A DNA stretch of 64,000 nt from Rhina ancylostomus (lineage: Eukaryota). The notes under the pieces were generated by a model. That model was not told the origin of the DNA, searched no databases, and was given only the letters and a program-made list of their open reading frames with translations. Location: assembly GCA_030265395.1 (NCBI GenBank), contig JARFYF010000056.1:10983790-11047789 (forward strand), read 5' to 3'. Shown piece after piece: positions 36,013 through 48,305 of this stretch; the first letter of the stretch is position 1, and each line of letters opens with the position of its first letter. The position numbers and the translations under genes are program-made.

Positions 36013-36140
36013 TTCCAGGAGACCTCATTTTTCCTAGTTCCTGGAGATCCCATATTTGTCCATTTCTGAGATCCTGTATTTACCCAATTCTTGGAGATCC
36101 CACATTTCCCCACTTCCTGCAGGATCTAGACCTTTTCCTG
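36013..36140. repeat. Degenerate minisatellite, ~25-bp unit x5 (TTCYTGGAGATCCYRYATTTNCCCA)
   Basis: Units start at 36013, 36038, 36064, 36088 and 36114. Confidence 0.7.
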
Positions 36141-38551
36141 CTTTCATTGAAATTCTTGGTCAAATGACATTGGCATGAGATATCAAGTGTGAAGTGGACC
36201 AATGTGCTACAATCTGGTAAATTGATTTTATAGCAATTGGATCTCAAACCTCATGACTTGGTTGGTGAGATAGAGAGCACTAGCAATTGGAGACTGTTTC
36301 TAGTTATTCTAAACATGTAAACATTTCTTTCAGAAGGAAAGCTTGGCCATGATTCTTTCTGATGTACTATTTTAATCAGCTGGCAACATTTGGGTCCTCT
36401 GCCCTCAGTTGAGGTATTCAAATGAGCAACTCTGATTCCTGCTTAAGCGAACTGCTCCACTTATGAAACTAGGTTAAAGAAGCTAGTGGGAAAAGTAATT
36501 TTGTGTTTAAAATGATTGATTAAATCAGCAACTCTCCAGCTAAATGTTTCATCCATTCTTCATAATAAGATCTGAACTATTATCCTAATAACTATAATTC
36601 CACAATTTCATTTACTTCTGCCACAACAGCATAAATCAGAATAAGTGTTCAGCTAAAAGCAAAATACATTCAAAGTGCTGTTTTCCCATTATTTCAGTGT
36701 ACATATTTCTCTCTCAGTTATCCAGTCACTCTGATCTCCAAGCAGTAAAGATGGAGTAACTTTGGTTTCTTAAATGACTTTCAGTTAATCTTGAAATTCT
36801 GCAGATTGCTAAACTGAGTACACTGGTGGTGGAAATTCTTATTAATCGAATGGAATGTCATTCTATAAATAATACCAAGTACACTCCATTGACACCAGAT
36901 AACTTTTCCCATGTAATATCCCTACATTTGGTCTTTAATGCAGTAGTTACCCAATGATTTGAAAGGTGTTAATGGCATTACATTTAGTCTTTAGCAGAAC
37001 TTCCCTCTAAACTGCATTCATGGTGAATGCACATATTCCAGTCTACTAATGTACATCCAGAATCTGGAAATACTGGAACATACTTCCCAACTGACCCTGT
37101 TATGATACAAGCACTTAAGTAGCTTGTGCCTGCTAACTTTGTGCAATGTAGTTAATGCTACATTTAGAAAAGGATGAGGAATTGACAGCCTCAAGTGCTC
37201 AAGGATTTAGTCTTAGTCCCTTGTGCATCTACATTGAAGCAAAAGCAGAAAACTACAGTGTGCTTCAAAAGGTGATTGTTAGGCTGTCATATTGCATTGG
37301 AGCACATTTTTGGTTGGACATAGAATCATAGTNNNNNNNNNNNNNNNNNNNNNNNNNNNNNNNNNNNNNNNNNNNNNNNNNNNNNNNNNNNNNNNNNNNN
37401 NNNNNNNNNNNNNNNNNNNNNNNNNNNNNNNNTATTTGAGTCAAATTGATATCACCTCATTGTAAATGAAAGAACTGCTGGTCTATTTTGTGTACTGGAA
37501 GCCTCCACCAGTGTAGTCACTTCTTGTTTTCATTCAAATGAGCAGTGCAGCTGCTAACAAAGAACTCTCAAATCATCTCAAAATCCTCTTGCTGAGCTAT
37601 ACTCTAGCATAAACCTGCTCTACCTGGCCACATATTCCTTTTTGTAACTATAGTTATCTTCTAAATTCCAAAAGGATAGAGACTAACTAGTTTTAAAATG
37701 TGTTGCTCTCTTTGTTCCACTGCATAATTTTTGTGCTATTCTGCTTGGAACATAGTGGATGAATACAGCCACAAAAAAGTGATTTTAATTTGGGGATGGG
37801 ATGAAGAAATATTAAAATATCATTCCTGATATATCAAAGCTAAAATCTTCCCCAGCTAATTTAGTGGTGAGCTTTAAAAAGATATAAGATGTGTGTGTCC
37901 ATCTGAGTCTGGTGAGAGATGGTGGGTGATGGTACTAAATCGACAGACAAATTATATTCCTGTTCTCTAATTCATTGGTACTGTGTTACAGTACCAGTGA
38001 CAGGGTTAACGTTGGCATTAAATTTGAGTTATTTTAAAAGAAAATGCAATTTACTTTATGCTGTTTTTCATTTCATTGGCTCCACATTTAATAACAATCT
38101 CATCTGCAAGATTAAAACATAGTAGTTTCAGATCTTCGGAAAAGGCTCTCTTTTACCAATAGGGCCCTTAAGGGCTTTAGTGAAACTTACGTTTTCACTA
38201 GCATCTTGGTTCACAGGGATATATAAGTTATTAATGAGTTTTTCAGCTGAGTCCCGGAGATAAAACAATTAATTAAAGATAGCTTTGTAAGTAATAAACA
38301 GCCCTGAAATTTGAACCTGAATGGGATTTGCATTCTTCAGCTGTGCTGGCTCTGTTATATTGGGTCCTTGTGGAAATGATATCATATTTTTCCACTTTTC
38401 ATCAATATCAACACAACACAGAACTCAGATTTTGTATATTAGTGCCTTGGTAATGCATTTGAAATCATTAAGACCAAACCCAATGAAACCTACCCTATTT
38501 GGATAAATATAGTACTGTGTTTGACACAGTTTGGGAAGTACTAAGTTTCAC

Positions 38552-40510
38552 CGTGGACCACGGTCCCACTAAGTGAACACCAAGCCACTGTCTCCAGGAT
38601 CACTGCAGATCTCGTGTCATCACATCAGGAGATGTCCCCTCCACAGCCTCCAACCTATGCCCCTCCTTGCACTGTCCACTTCTGTCTCTTACCTAAGATC
38701 CATGAACAGGACTGCCCTAAAAGGCCTCCCTGCTCTTGCCCCACTGAACTCATTTCTTCATACCTTGACTCCATCCTGCGTCCCCTTGTCTCCTCCCACT
38801 TGCATCCAGGATACTTGTCATACCCTCCACCCTTTTGATAGCTTCCACTTCCCTAATCCCTACTATCTCATTTGTACCATGGACATCCTATCTCTGTACA
38901 CCTCCATTCCCCTATCAGGAAGGTCTTAGGGCTCTCCCTTTCTTTCTTGAACAAAGACCCAACCAGTTCTCCACTAACACTCTCATCCGGTTGGCAGAAC
39001 TTATCCCTGCCCTCAACAACTTCGCTTTCGATTCCCCCCCCCCCAACTTCCTGAAAGTCAAAGGGGTAGCCATGGGCATTTGCTTGGTTCTAGCTCTGCC
39101 TGTCTGTTTGTTAGCTATGTGGAACAGACTTTGTTCCAAAACTATTCTGGCAATGCCCACCCCCTCCCAGTTCTCTCTCTGATACGTTGACAACTGCATT
39201 GATACTGATTCCTGCCCTCATGTGAAACTCATCAATTTCATTACCTTCCACCAACTTCTACCCTGCCCTCAAATTCACCAGGGCTATCTCTGACACTTCT
39301 CTTTTCCAGTTCTCTCTGCCTTCATCTCAGGAGACAGACTTATCAGTGCCACCTTCTAAAAACCTACCAACTCCCGCAGCTACCTTGGCTATACTTCTTC
39401 CCACTCTACCTCCTATAAGGATGCCAACCCTTTTTCTCAGTTTCTCCATCTCTGCTGCATCTCATCTCAAGATGAGGTCTTATGCTCTAGGACATCTGAA
39501 CTGTCCTCCTCCTCCTACAAACGTGGATTCCCCTCTGCTGCAGTTGATGGAACCTTCGCACGAATTTCCTCCATTTCCTGCATGCCTGTTCTCAGCTCCC
39601 TCTCCTCAATCAGAACAGCAATAGAGTTCCCTTGTCCTCACCTTTCACCCACCAGCCTCCACATCCAACATATCATCTTCACCATTTCAGCCAGCTCCAA
39701 CATGTCCCACCATCAGTCACACCTTTCCCTCTCTCCCTCTTTCTGCTTTTCACAGGGACCTCTCTCTCTATGACTCTCTGGCCCGCTCATCTCTACCCAA
39801 CAATCCCTCCCCATCCCCTGGCACTTTCTCCCTGCTACTGTAAGAGGTATAACATCTGTCCCTTCACCTCCTCCCTCACCACCATCCAGGTACCTAAACA
39901 GCCGATCCAAGTAAGGCAAATGTTCACCTGCACCTCTTCCAAACTGGTGTACTGCATTCAGTGCTCATGATGTGGCCTCCTCGATATGGGAGAAACCAAA
40001 CGCAGACTGGGCAGAGCAACTGTGCTCTATCTGCAACTGCCAATTCGAGCATCTGGTTGCATATCATTTTAACTCTTCTTCCCACTTCCACAACAACCTG
40101 TCTGTCCTCTGCCTTCTCCATTGCTATGAAGAGACCAAGTGCAAACTGGAAGAATAGCATCTCATTTTGCTTGCAACCCAATGGTATGAATATTAAATTT
40201 TCCAATTTCAGGTAACCCACAATTGGTGTTCTCTGCACCCATCCGCCTAGTTTTCTTCTCCCTTTGTTCACCTTTCCCATCCCCTCCCTTTTTCTCCACC
40301 TGCCCATCATCCCCTCCCCATCTGGTTCCAGCAATCACCTACAGCCTCTGTCCCCCATACTGTTTTCTCTTCCCACTTCCTACTGATACAGTCTCAGCCC
40401 AAAACATTGACTTACACATTTTGCCTCCATAGATGCTGCTTGACTTGCTGAGTTCTTCAGCGTTCTGTTTTTTGTTCCAGATTCCAACAACTGCAGTCTC
40501 TTTTATCATC
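38552..40510 (+). mobile_element. Penelope-like retroelement (RT, Cys-rich linker, GIY-YIG endonuclease, 3' pseudo-LTR), 5'-truncated and decayed
   Basis: LLPKIHEQDCP.RP, CSCPTELISSYLDSIL, TMDILSLYTSIP, FLKVKGVAMG, YVDNCI (decayed YxDD, 39183-39200), PCYCKRYNICPF, FTCTSSKLVYCIQCS*C..GETKRRLG, LVAYHFNS, KLEE, LQPNGMNIKFSNFR*. TSD AAGTTTCAC at 38543-38551 and 40511-40519. Confidence 0.93.
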
Positions 40511-41122
40511 AAGTTTCACAATACTTTATATTGTGATCACAAACCCGTTTGGAACTAGGTTTCCTCTTTTTATTTTACTGGGGAAAGCTATGCATTTTAG
40601 CATTTTGATTAAGTGGATTTCCTGTGGAGTTGATTAAACATTATATATAAAAATCAGTATTTTTGGTAATCACCTCTTTGAGTGCATATCAATCCCCACT
40701 ACTTTTGTGTTGAATCAGAATAAAGTAGATCCTTTAAGCACACAGCGTTTTAGTTGTGTTCATGGAATTAATGTAGCGCAGGATAAGTCCTTCCTCTGAC
40801 CTTTTATGTTGGTAATGCAGAACTCATTATGAAGGATGTGAACTAGGCAGATGTAAAAGACAGGTGTTCCAAATGGCATCTTCTGGTCAATCCTGGAACC
40901 TGTGTGACTGTTGTATTTTAATCTGTGATATTTCAAAGGTGGAGATATATAAATGAGCTTGAGTGGAACGTAATGGTGCACAAGCAGTTATTCTTGTTTT
41001 AAAATTGTTGATGTGGAGGCTTTTTCTTGAATAAAACTTGAAGTCCAGGTTACAATTGGAAAATTAAAATGCAATTGTTTTAAAAAATGCTGATCTTTTC
41101 TTTCTCTGATTATTTTTTCCAG

Positions 41123-41257
41123 ACTTGGTTGCGAAGTTACATTAAATTATTCCAGGCTACGTGTCAGCGGTGTGGAAAATTTCTCCAGGACGGACTGCCT
41201 CCCACATGGAGGGACTTCCGCACGCTTGAGGCCTTTCACGATACTTGCAGGCAGTAA
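41123..41257 (+). CDS. MED27: MED27 terminal coding exon: TWLRSYIKLFQATCQRCGKFLQDGLPPTWRDFRTLEAFHDTCRQ*
   Basis: Strong acceptor (tttctctgattattttttccAG, AG at 41121-41122), 44 codons, TAA at 41255-41257. Contains the CxxC...HxxC motif of the MED27 C-terminus. Confidence 0.97.
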   Translation, partial: TWLRSYIKLFQATCQRCGKFLQDGLPPTWRDFRTLEAFHDTCRQ

Positions 41258-41510
41258 TGTTTGGCTCCTGGTTCTAGTTGTTAAGGATCACATGAGGAAA
41301 TAGTGATGTGTACATCACAGGATTTGAAGACATTGATTTGACATGCCTGGTTTAAGGACTTTAAACTATCTTCTGCAGAATAGAATGATTCTTCCAACAC
41401 CTTTGTATTCAGGCAAATTTATTTTATTATAAAAGACCTCAAGGTGGTACGAATAGTACTACATACAGATAGGGTATGTAAATCATTAGATTTAACATTT
41501 CTAAGGGTAA

Positions 41511-41516
41511 ATTAAA
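41511..41516 (+). terminator. Candidate polyadenylation signal (ATTAAA) of the MED27 3' UTR
   Basis: ATTAAA about 250 nt after the stop, TGTA upstream (41477-41480), T-rich tract downstream. TATAAA at 41428-41433 is an alternative. Confidence 0.4.
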
Positions 41517-42789
41517 AGTTTTAAATCATGGTTTACATGTACGTTAGGGCTTTTTAAAAAAAAATACATTTCCTTTTTATTTCTTTATTCACTCCTTTAT
41601 TTGAGAGAAGCGTCAAGCCATCTTACCAGTCTCCTTGGCTGTCTCAGTATAAGCACTGATCAAATCAGAAATTCATAAGGCTCTCCCATTTAAGTGCCGA
41701 GTCATTAATGTTTATAGTCATTATGTTGCCTAAGGTTATGTCCTCTTATTTTTTTCCTTTGCTGTTTGTCACAAATATTTGGATCATTTCTTGTTCTCAC
41801 TTCTCACCATGAAACTCTGAAATTCATTTCACTTCTCTATTGTTTTTTCATTTCACTGACTAAATTAATTATTTTAAAAACGTGGTTCTAGAAACTGCCA
41901 CATTGCCAATTATAAAACTCAGGTTAACATCTCATCCTTAACTTCGGTTTCAACACCATCCTACCCAAGATATTTGAGGGAGGGGAGGAAAAACACAGTT
42001 ATATTTTTGATATTGGGAAAAATTAATGTAATTATTGTTTTCTATTTGAGAGATTATGTGTAAAGGTGTGGAAGAATATCACAGCCATCAGTATATTCAC
42101 ATTTCAACATGGAGTCGTGGAGTGTTCCAGGATGTGTTTCCAATCTTTACATTGTTTTTGGTGAGACAGCAAGCAGAAGGTAAACTAAATTGTCACGTCA
42201 CAACATGAGTTGGCTTCCTATGAAAGGCTTCTGAGGAGATGAGATCGAGGGAAGGGTTGCAGGATATGTTTGCCAGTTATTCCTCAGGGTCAGGCAGAAT
42301 AGTGATTACATTTGTCCAGTTATTCCATGTCAGTTTTAGTCCATAAACTGTTGCTTTTTCTAATGGGCCACTGAGTATTCCTGCAATTCTGACACTTGAA
42401 AATGATGGGGATTGAGGTGTAAGTATCTGGTGCTTCAGCAACATTTTCAAGAAAAATGTTACTTCAATGATTTAAACAGGTAGGCTTGTTATAAATCTAA
42501 GTTTGTTATAACCAAGATTTATTTCATGTTGAATTTGAACCTAGAAATTATTCTTCATTTTGAATGGCATTGTGAGTTTTGAATGTCAAAAATGGATTTT
42601 TTTTTAATATAATACTAAATTGAACTGATGGACTTTAATAGCTGAGTGCTTCTTTCAGAACTTGTGATAGTTGGGTGAGCATTACATGACGGGAACCAGG
42701 CTAGTATTTAGCCTCCCGTAGCAATTACATGTACAATTTCAAAAACATGGTAAATTGCCTTTTCTGACTTGTCTTGTCCTACACATGCT

Positions 42790-45205
42790 GGCCACTTGTG
42801 GGATGGCAATTTGTAGGTGATTATCTCAAAATAGGATATTGCAGCAGAGGTTCCTCAGGGCTGTGTCCTTGGCTTAGTCATCTTTAGTTGCTTCGATGAG
42901 CATCACTCCAAAATAAGTGAGGATGTTTTCTTATGATCGCACAATGTTCCTTTCTTTTCACAAGTCTTTGAATAATGTAACAAGATCTGAAAAAACATTC
43001 AGGCACGGGCTGACGTGGCAAGTAACATTTGGACTGCACAATGACCAACTCCAGCGAAGGAGAGTTTAACTACCTCCCCTTGAAGTTCAATGCCATTCCA
43101 ATATTATCACCAAGTCTTCCACCATTAGCATTGACCAACTGGATAAACTGAAAATATTGTGGCTACAAAAGCAGTTCAGAGGTTGAATACCATGCAGTGG
43201 ACGACTCATCTTCTGATTCACCAAAGTCTTTCAAGGACAGAACAAAATAGGAGTAAGGGCCTAACCAGCATTCAGTCCGATCATGGCTTTGATTTCTCTT
43301 CTGTGCCTGTTCCACATAGCCCTGTTCTTTCAAAAAAAGGCATATCAAACTCTGTTCGAATACAATGATCTAGTGGCAAAGACCCTCTGGTGTACAGAAT
43401 TCCAGAGATTCGCCACTCTCTTGTGAGAAGAAATTCTTAGGCATCTCATTTTTTACATGGTGGCTTTCTTACCTTGCAACTATGTCCCTCATTCAAGACA
43501 CTCCTGCTAGTGTAAAAATCTGAACATCTATATTTCAATAAAATCACTCCCTCATTATTCAAAACTCCAAAGAATACAGGTGTAACTTTATATTTGTTCA
43601 TGACTGGACAATCCTCTCATCCCAGGAATCAGCTTTGCAAATCTCTTCTGGACTGTCTAAAATGCAAGTATATCCTTCCTCACATAAGGGGACCAAAACT
43701 GTACACATTACTCCACTGCAGCCTCATAAATGTCCTGCATGATTGTAACAACACTTATCTATTTTTAAACTCCAAGTCTAGCAATAAAAGTTAAAATGCT
43801 ATTTGCTGCCTTAATTACTTGCTGCACCTGCCTGCTAACTTTTTATGTTTTGTACACATGACTATCTAGATCCTTTTGCACTCCATTTATTTGCTCTCTC
43901 TCTCTCCACTTAGATAATAGCCTGCTTTTTGCTTCCTCCTACTGAAGTGCATGACCCCACACTTTTCCACGTTAACCTTCATTTGCCAATTTTTTGCCAT
44001 TCACTCAAACTATCTGTATCCTATGGCAGAGTCCAAATATCCTCATCTCAGCATGCCCTGCGCTCCCCCCTATTTTAGTGTCATCTTCAAACTTGAATAT
44101 CTTACAATCTGTCCCTCCTCTATGTCATTAATATAAATAGTAACTAATTGAGAGCCAAGGACTGATCCTTTGGGCATTCCACCAGTTATGTCTTTCCAGT
44201 TTGTAAAAGACTGATTTATTTTGATTCCCTGTCTTCTATTTGCTATTTTGTCTTCAATCCATGTTAACACTCCCCCCGACCACCACCACCATCATCCAAA
44301 AACAGTGAGTTCTTATCTTGTGCACTTGCCTTTTATGTGGCACCTTATTGAATGCCTTCTGAAATTTCAAATACACTACATCTACAGGCCCCCTTCTATT
44401 GACTCTATTTGATATATCCTTGAAGAACTCCAAAAAATTTGTTCAACATGACTTCCCTTTCATAAAACCATGGTTTTATAAAACCATTAAAATAAAGTTT
44501 AATTGCAGTAAACTTTACTAAATGGCTAATTATGTCCTCCTTGATTTTTAACATCAGCATCTTCCCACACATATCTTATGCTAGCTGGTTTTTGTCTGGC
44601 TCCCTTCTTGAACAAAGGAGTCACATTAATGAGTAGTCCAATCCACTGGATAGTCCTGGAACTAGGTGATCTTTGAAAAGCAGCAACCAGTGGTTCTACT
44701 ATTCCAACCAATAGCTGTACTATTTCTACCATCTACCAGACACGAGTGTACAGTGTATTCTCCACTTGCTAGGATGAATGCACCTCCAATAACAGTGGAG
44801 ACTAAACACCATCAAGCACAAAGCAGCCTGCTTGATTGACAACTGATGCACATCCCTCTATATTTGCTTTCTCCATCACTAACTAATTGTGGCTACAGTG
44901 CATGCCATCTAAAAATGCAACTCAACAAGCCTTCAAGAGTATGTTTCAATCCTGTGACTTCTACCTAAAAGGACAAAGTCAACAAGCATCTGGGAACACC
45001 AAGACCCGCAAAATCACTTCCAATTCTACAACCAATCCTGATTTGAAAATACATCATCACTGCTTCATCTTCCCTAACCAAAATCATCTTCAAGCCAAAT
45101 TCTGCTAACAGCAGGAGTGCAACAGTTCAGCAGCTGGCTCATCATTTTGTTTTCAAGGGCAATAGCGGATCAGCAGTAAATGCATTATGTGATGTTCACA
45201 TACTG
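42790..45205 (+). mobile_element. CR1-group LINE (second family) split by the insertion at 43235-44700
   Basis: DIAAEVPQGCVLG..IFSCF (42836-42895) and further RT remnants to 43232. Sequence resumes at ~44720 (accatctac...tattctccacttgc..ggatg..tgca.ctcca) and runs to the 3' UTR. Confidence 0.7.
43235..44700 (-). mobile_element. Decayed CR1 LINE (RT to 3' tail)
   Basis: Minus peptides LTWIEDKIANRRQGIKINQSFTNWKDITGGMPKGSVLGSQLVTIYINDIEEG and NVTPLFKKGARQKP; reverse 3' tail at 43235-43330. Confidence 0.88.
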
Positions 45206-45374
45206 GCCTTGAGTTTAAACAAGGATCAAATGAGATGACCTGATGTCGTGGATAATGTCTAACAGCTTGGTAATACAGGTTCAGTGTGTTTTCCTGTTGC
45301 CCCCCATAAATAGAATATAATTTGATCTTGTTTTCTAACTTTTTCTTTAAAATTTTCCACTTGTTGTCTTCATA

Positions 45375-45590
45375 TAATTATACAACACAGAAACAGGCCC
45401 TTTCAGCCCGTCTTGTTTGTGCCAACCGTGATGCTTATCTATTCTAATCCTATTAGTCTGCATTAGGCCTGTACCCTCAATGCCTTTTAGTCTACGTACC
45501 TATAATTGTAAGTACATTGGATTGTATCTGACTACCACCTCCTCTGGCATCTTGATCCAGATAACATTACCCTCCACATGAGAAGGTGTA
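45375..45590 (-). mobile_element. CR1/SINE 3' tail fragment
   Basis: atacaacacagaaacaggccctttcagccc...ctgcattaggcc; same family as 22072-22225. Confidence 0.7.
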
Positions 45591-46404
45591 GAATTATTAC
45601 TGGTTTATTGCTGTTATCAATACTTTACTATATCTCACTATTATTAATAATTTGACTATGAAAGTGAATATTACCATGTTAGTTGAGCATGGTGGCATCA
45701 CATACAAAACCCAACTGTGGCATTGGCCAGCATCTGCATTGTTGATAGTATTTGCTTCTTTCCCCTTCCTATCTTAAAGGTTGCAAGTGACAGTGTTGCT
45801 TTTCCACTGAGATTAACTAACTCAGAGTAAGCCAACTAATATCTAGCTAAATTTGTACTTATTGAATGTAATATTTGGAAGTTATAGCTGGAATCTGGTT
45901 TTTCTCTGGTACAATATCCATTCCTAGTTTATATTTTAGTTTGCATTTCATAATTAGGTTGTTAATCCTTAACGTCTCTAGCGTCAGAATAAAAAAAAGT
46001 GAAGGAACACTTATTTTGATTAGGAAACATTAATACCATTCCCCTTGCTTTTATAACCGTGTTTGGCATTGGGAGTGTGTCTTTCAAAGGGAGAGGGGAT
46101 TAAAATAATCCAATGGCCAGATGATAGACAATGAATAAAGACTAACTGGGTTTGTCCATTCAAGTGCTTTTCTTTTATAATTAAAAGTCCTTACATTCTT
46201 GATCTTAGATGAAATGTTTCATTTTATTAACATATTAAACACATCAATACTAGTTAGAACATACAAAGTACACTGGTTTTAGGAAATTTAGAATTCCAGA
46301 TAGTAATTCCAATGACTGTATTTTACTTAATGAAAACCAGTTTACTTTATGTAAAATGGGCATTATCTGTTTGAAGAGCCACCAAGACCCCACACACTTG
46401 TCTT

Positions 46405-46528
46405 CAAAAACAAAAGAAAACTGTAGATGCTAGGAATCTGGAACAAATATGGAAAATGGTGGTGATAATGAAACGGGTCAGGCAGCATCAGTAGAAACAG
46501 AAACAGAGATGATGACCCTTCATTTGAA
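46405..46528 (-). mobile_element. Penelope pseudo-LTR fragment
   Basis: aactgtagatgctaggaatctggaac...gggtcaggcagcatc...gaaacagag...gacccttcat. Confidence 0.75.
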
Positions 46529-48124
46529 GAATTTGTATTCAACTTGTTTTATAGATAACAATCAAAATTTGCAATGATTTTCTCCGAATATAGACGCCAA
46601 TAGTATAGCAGCTTCCCTTTACTAAACATTCATGTTAAGCAATTTATGCTGCTGTGATACCATTCAACACTAGTTGAGGATTGAAGTTAGTTCCAATATT
46701 AAAGAGATCAGTTTCCAATCAAAACTATATCCTTTTAATGACTCTATTCTGTGTCAATCAAAGTTGGTGCAAATTTGTAGCTATGTCGTGTATTGAGTTT
46801 AAAATGTGTACATATAGAGTAGTAAATTGCATATTACTTACTGAAATCGAGTGGTATTTGATGCACTTAAGTAAATAGAGTGATGATGACTTATTTCTAT
46901 AATCTGGACAGCTGCTGTTAGGTCTGTTTCAGTCATGGTCTGTCACTTGAACTCTCAATTAATTGAATGTGAAACACTGAACTGTGATTGCATTTTCAGT
47001 CACAGTGTCGGCAAAAGCAGCTTGGCTGTCACCAGTGCTTGTGTACCACAATTAAGTTGCTATGTCTTCCCATCAGGGGCATGTACAATTATTGCAATAA
47101 CATTCTTATCTCAATAATAGCACCTGTTCCATAAACTTGTAGAGGATAGAGAACAATCCAAATCTCCTCCAAGTATTTGGACTTTAAAATTACTAATTCT
47201 TCTGCATGATTAACTCAAGCAGTAATTGAAATTATCTCATCTCTCGCTCTATTCTTCCCCATAGCTTAATAATCCCTTTATGGAATGAGTCAGAAAAGGG
47301 TTAAAATCCATGGGATTTTATTATCAAACTATGACCGGAAATAAAAATTGCAATGTGGAATAATTCACAAAGGAGCATTAGAATCAATCCATTTAGCTCA
47401 GAGGTTCTCTGGATGGAGTGAGTGCAATTAAGATGATAGTCTCACAATTTAGTTTTATGATTATTACTACCTGCCTGACAATTTTTAAATGTATTAGAAA
47501 AGTGGATCGGGGGATCAGGGCTAATAAATCTGCTATAGGCAAGTTGTTCCAAAATCAACAGAACCAGTGTTATTACTTGGGAATTCTTAAACTATATACC
47601 TGGTTCCGTAGAACTGAGCAGACATTTCAGTCTTTTAGTACTGTCTCAGCACTCACCCTCTCCTGTCCATCCCTGATACATTGATGCAAGTGACCAAAAT
47701 CTCCAATTCCATTGGAGCCAGCATTTGAAGGGCTAAGGTGTTGCTGTCAAACTACTTGTGAGGCTGATGGTGCATCAGTAAACCTGCAGCACTGCAACTT
47801 TAGGCTAGAGACAGATGCCAGGTTAATGCCTAAAACTTGTAACACTCTGATCCACAAGAATCTTGCTATCTGCCTTGCCATTAAAATGCTTTGACCAGCA
47901 TGCTGTTGCTGTATTTACACAGTTAATATGAAATGAACATGCCACAAAAAGATGTCATTTCAAGTCTAGTAATACTTTTATAATGTGATTCTTTTCAATT
48001 AGCAGCTAATCAAACATTTAATTGTTGAAGGTTTCAAAATGCCAAATTTAAAATTAAGTGTTTAACTCTTTTCATCTTCTTTGATTCAAACCAAGATTTA
48101 AACTGATTCCCCATCTTGCAAGGA

Positions 48125-48305
48125 AGAAGAGTAGGGATGGTTTCTCCTTGTCTGAGACAACTTTTGTTCCAAAACTGACACCTGGAATTGGATCAGATGG
48201 TCATTATTTGTTAGCTGAGGGATCTTTCTGTGAGCTAGTTGCCTGGTGAGTTTCCTCCACCATAATAGTGACCACACTTGATGAGTACTGATAAGATTGT
48301 AAAAT
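48125..48305 (+). mobile_element. Decayed DeuSINE-like (SacSINE1/AmnSINE1-type) fragment
   Basis: tggtcattatttgttagctgagggatctttctgtgagctagttgcctggtgagtttcct...aatagtgaccacactt resembles the Deu central domain as I recall it. Confidence 0.5.

Noticed and set aside
36013-36140. CRISPR-like interpretation of the 25-bp repeats
   Set aside because: Units are adjacent and degenerate with no spacers, in a vertebrate intron without cas genes.
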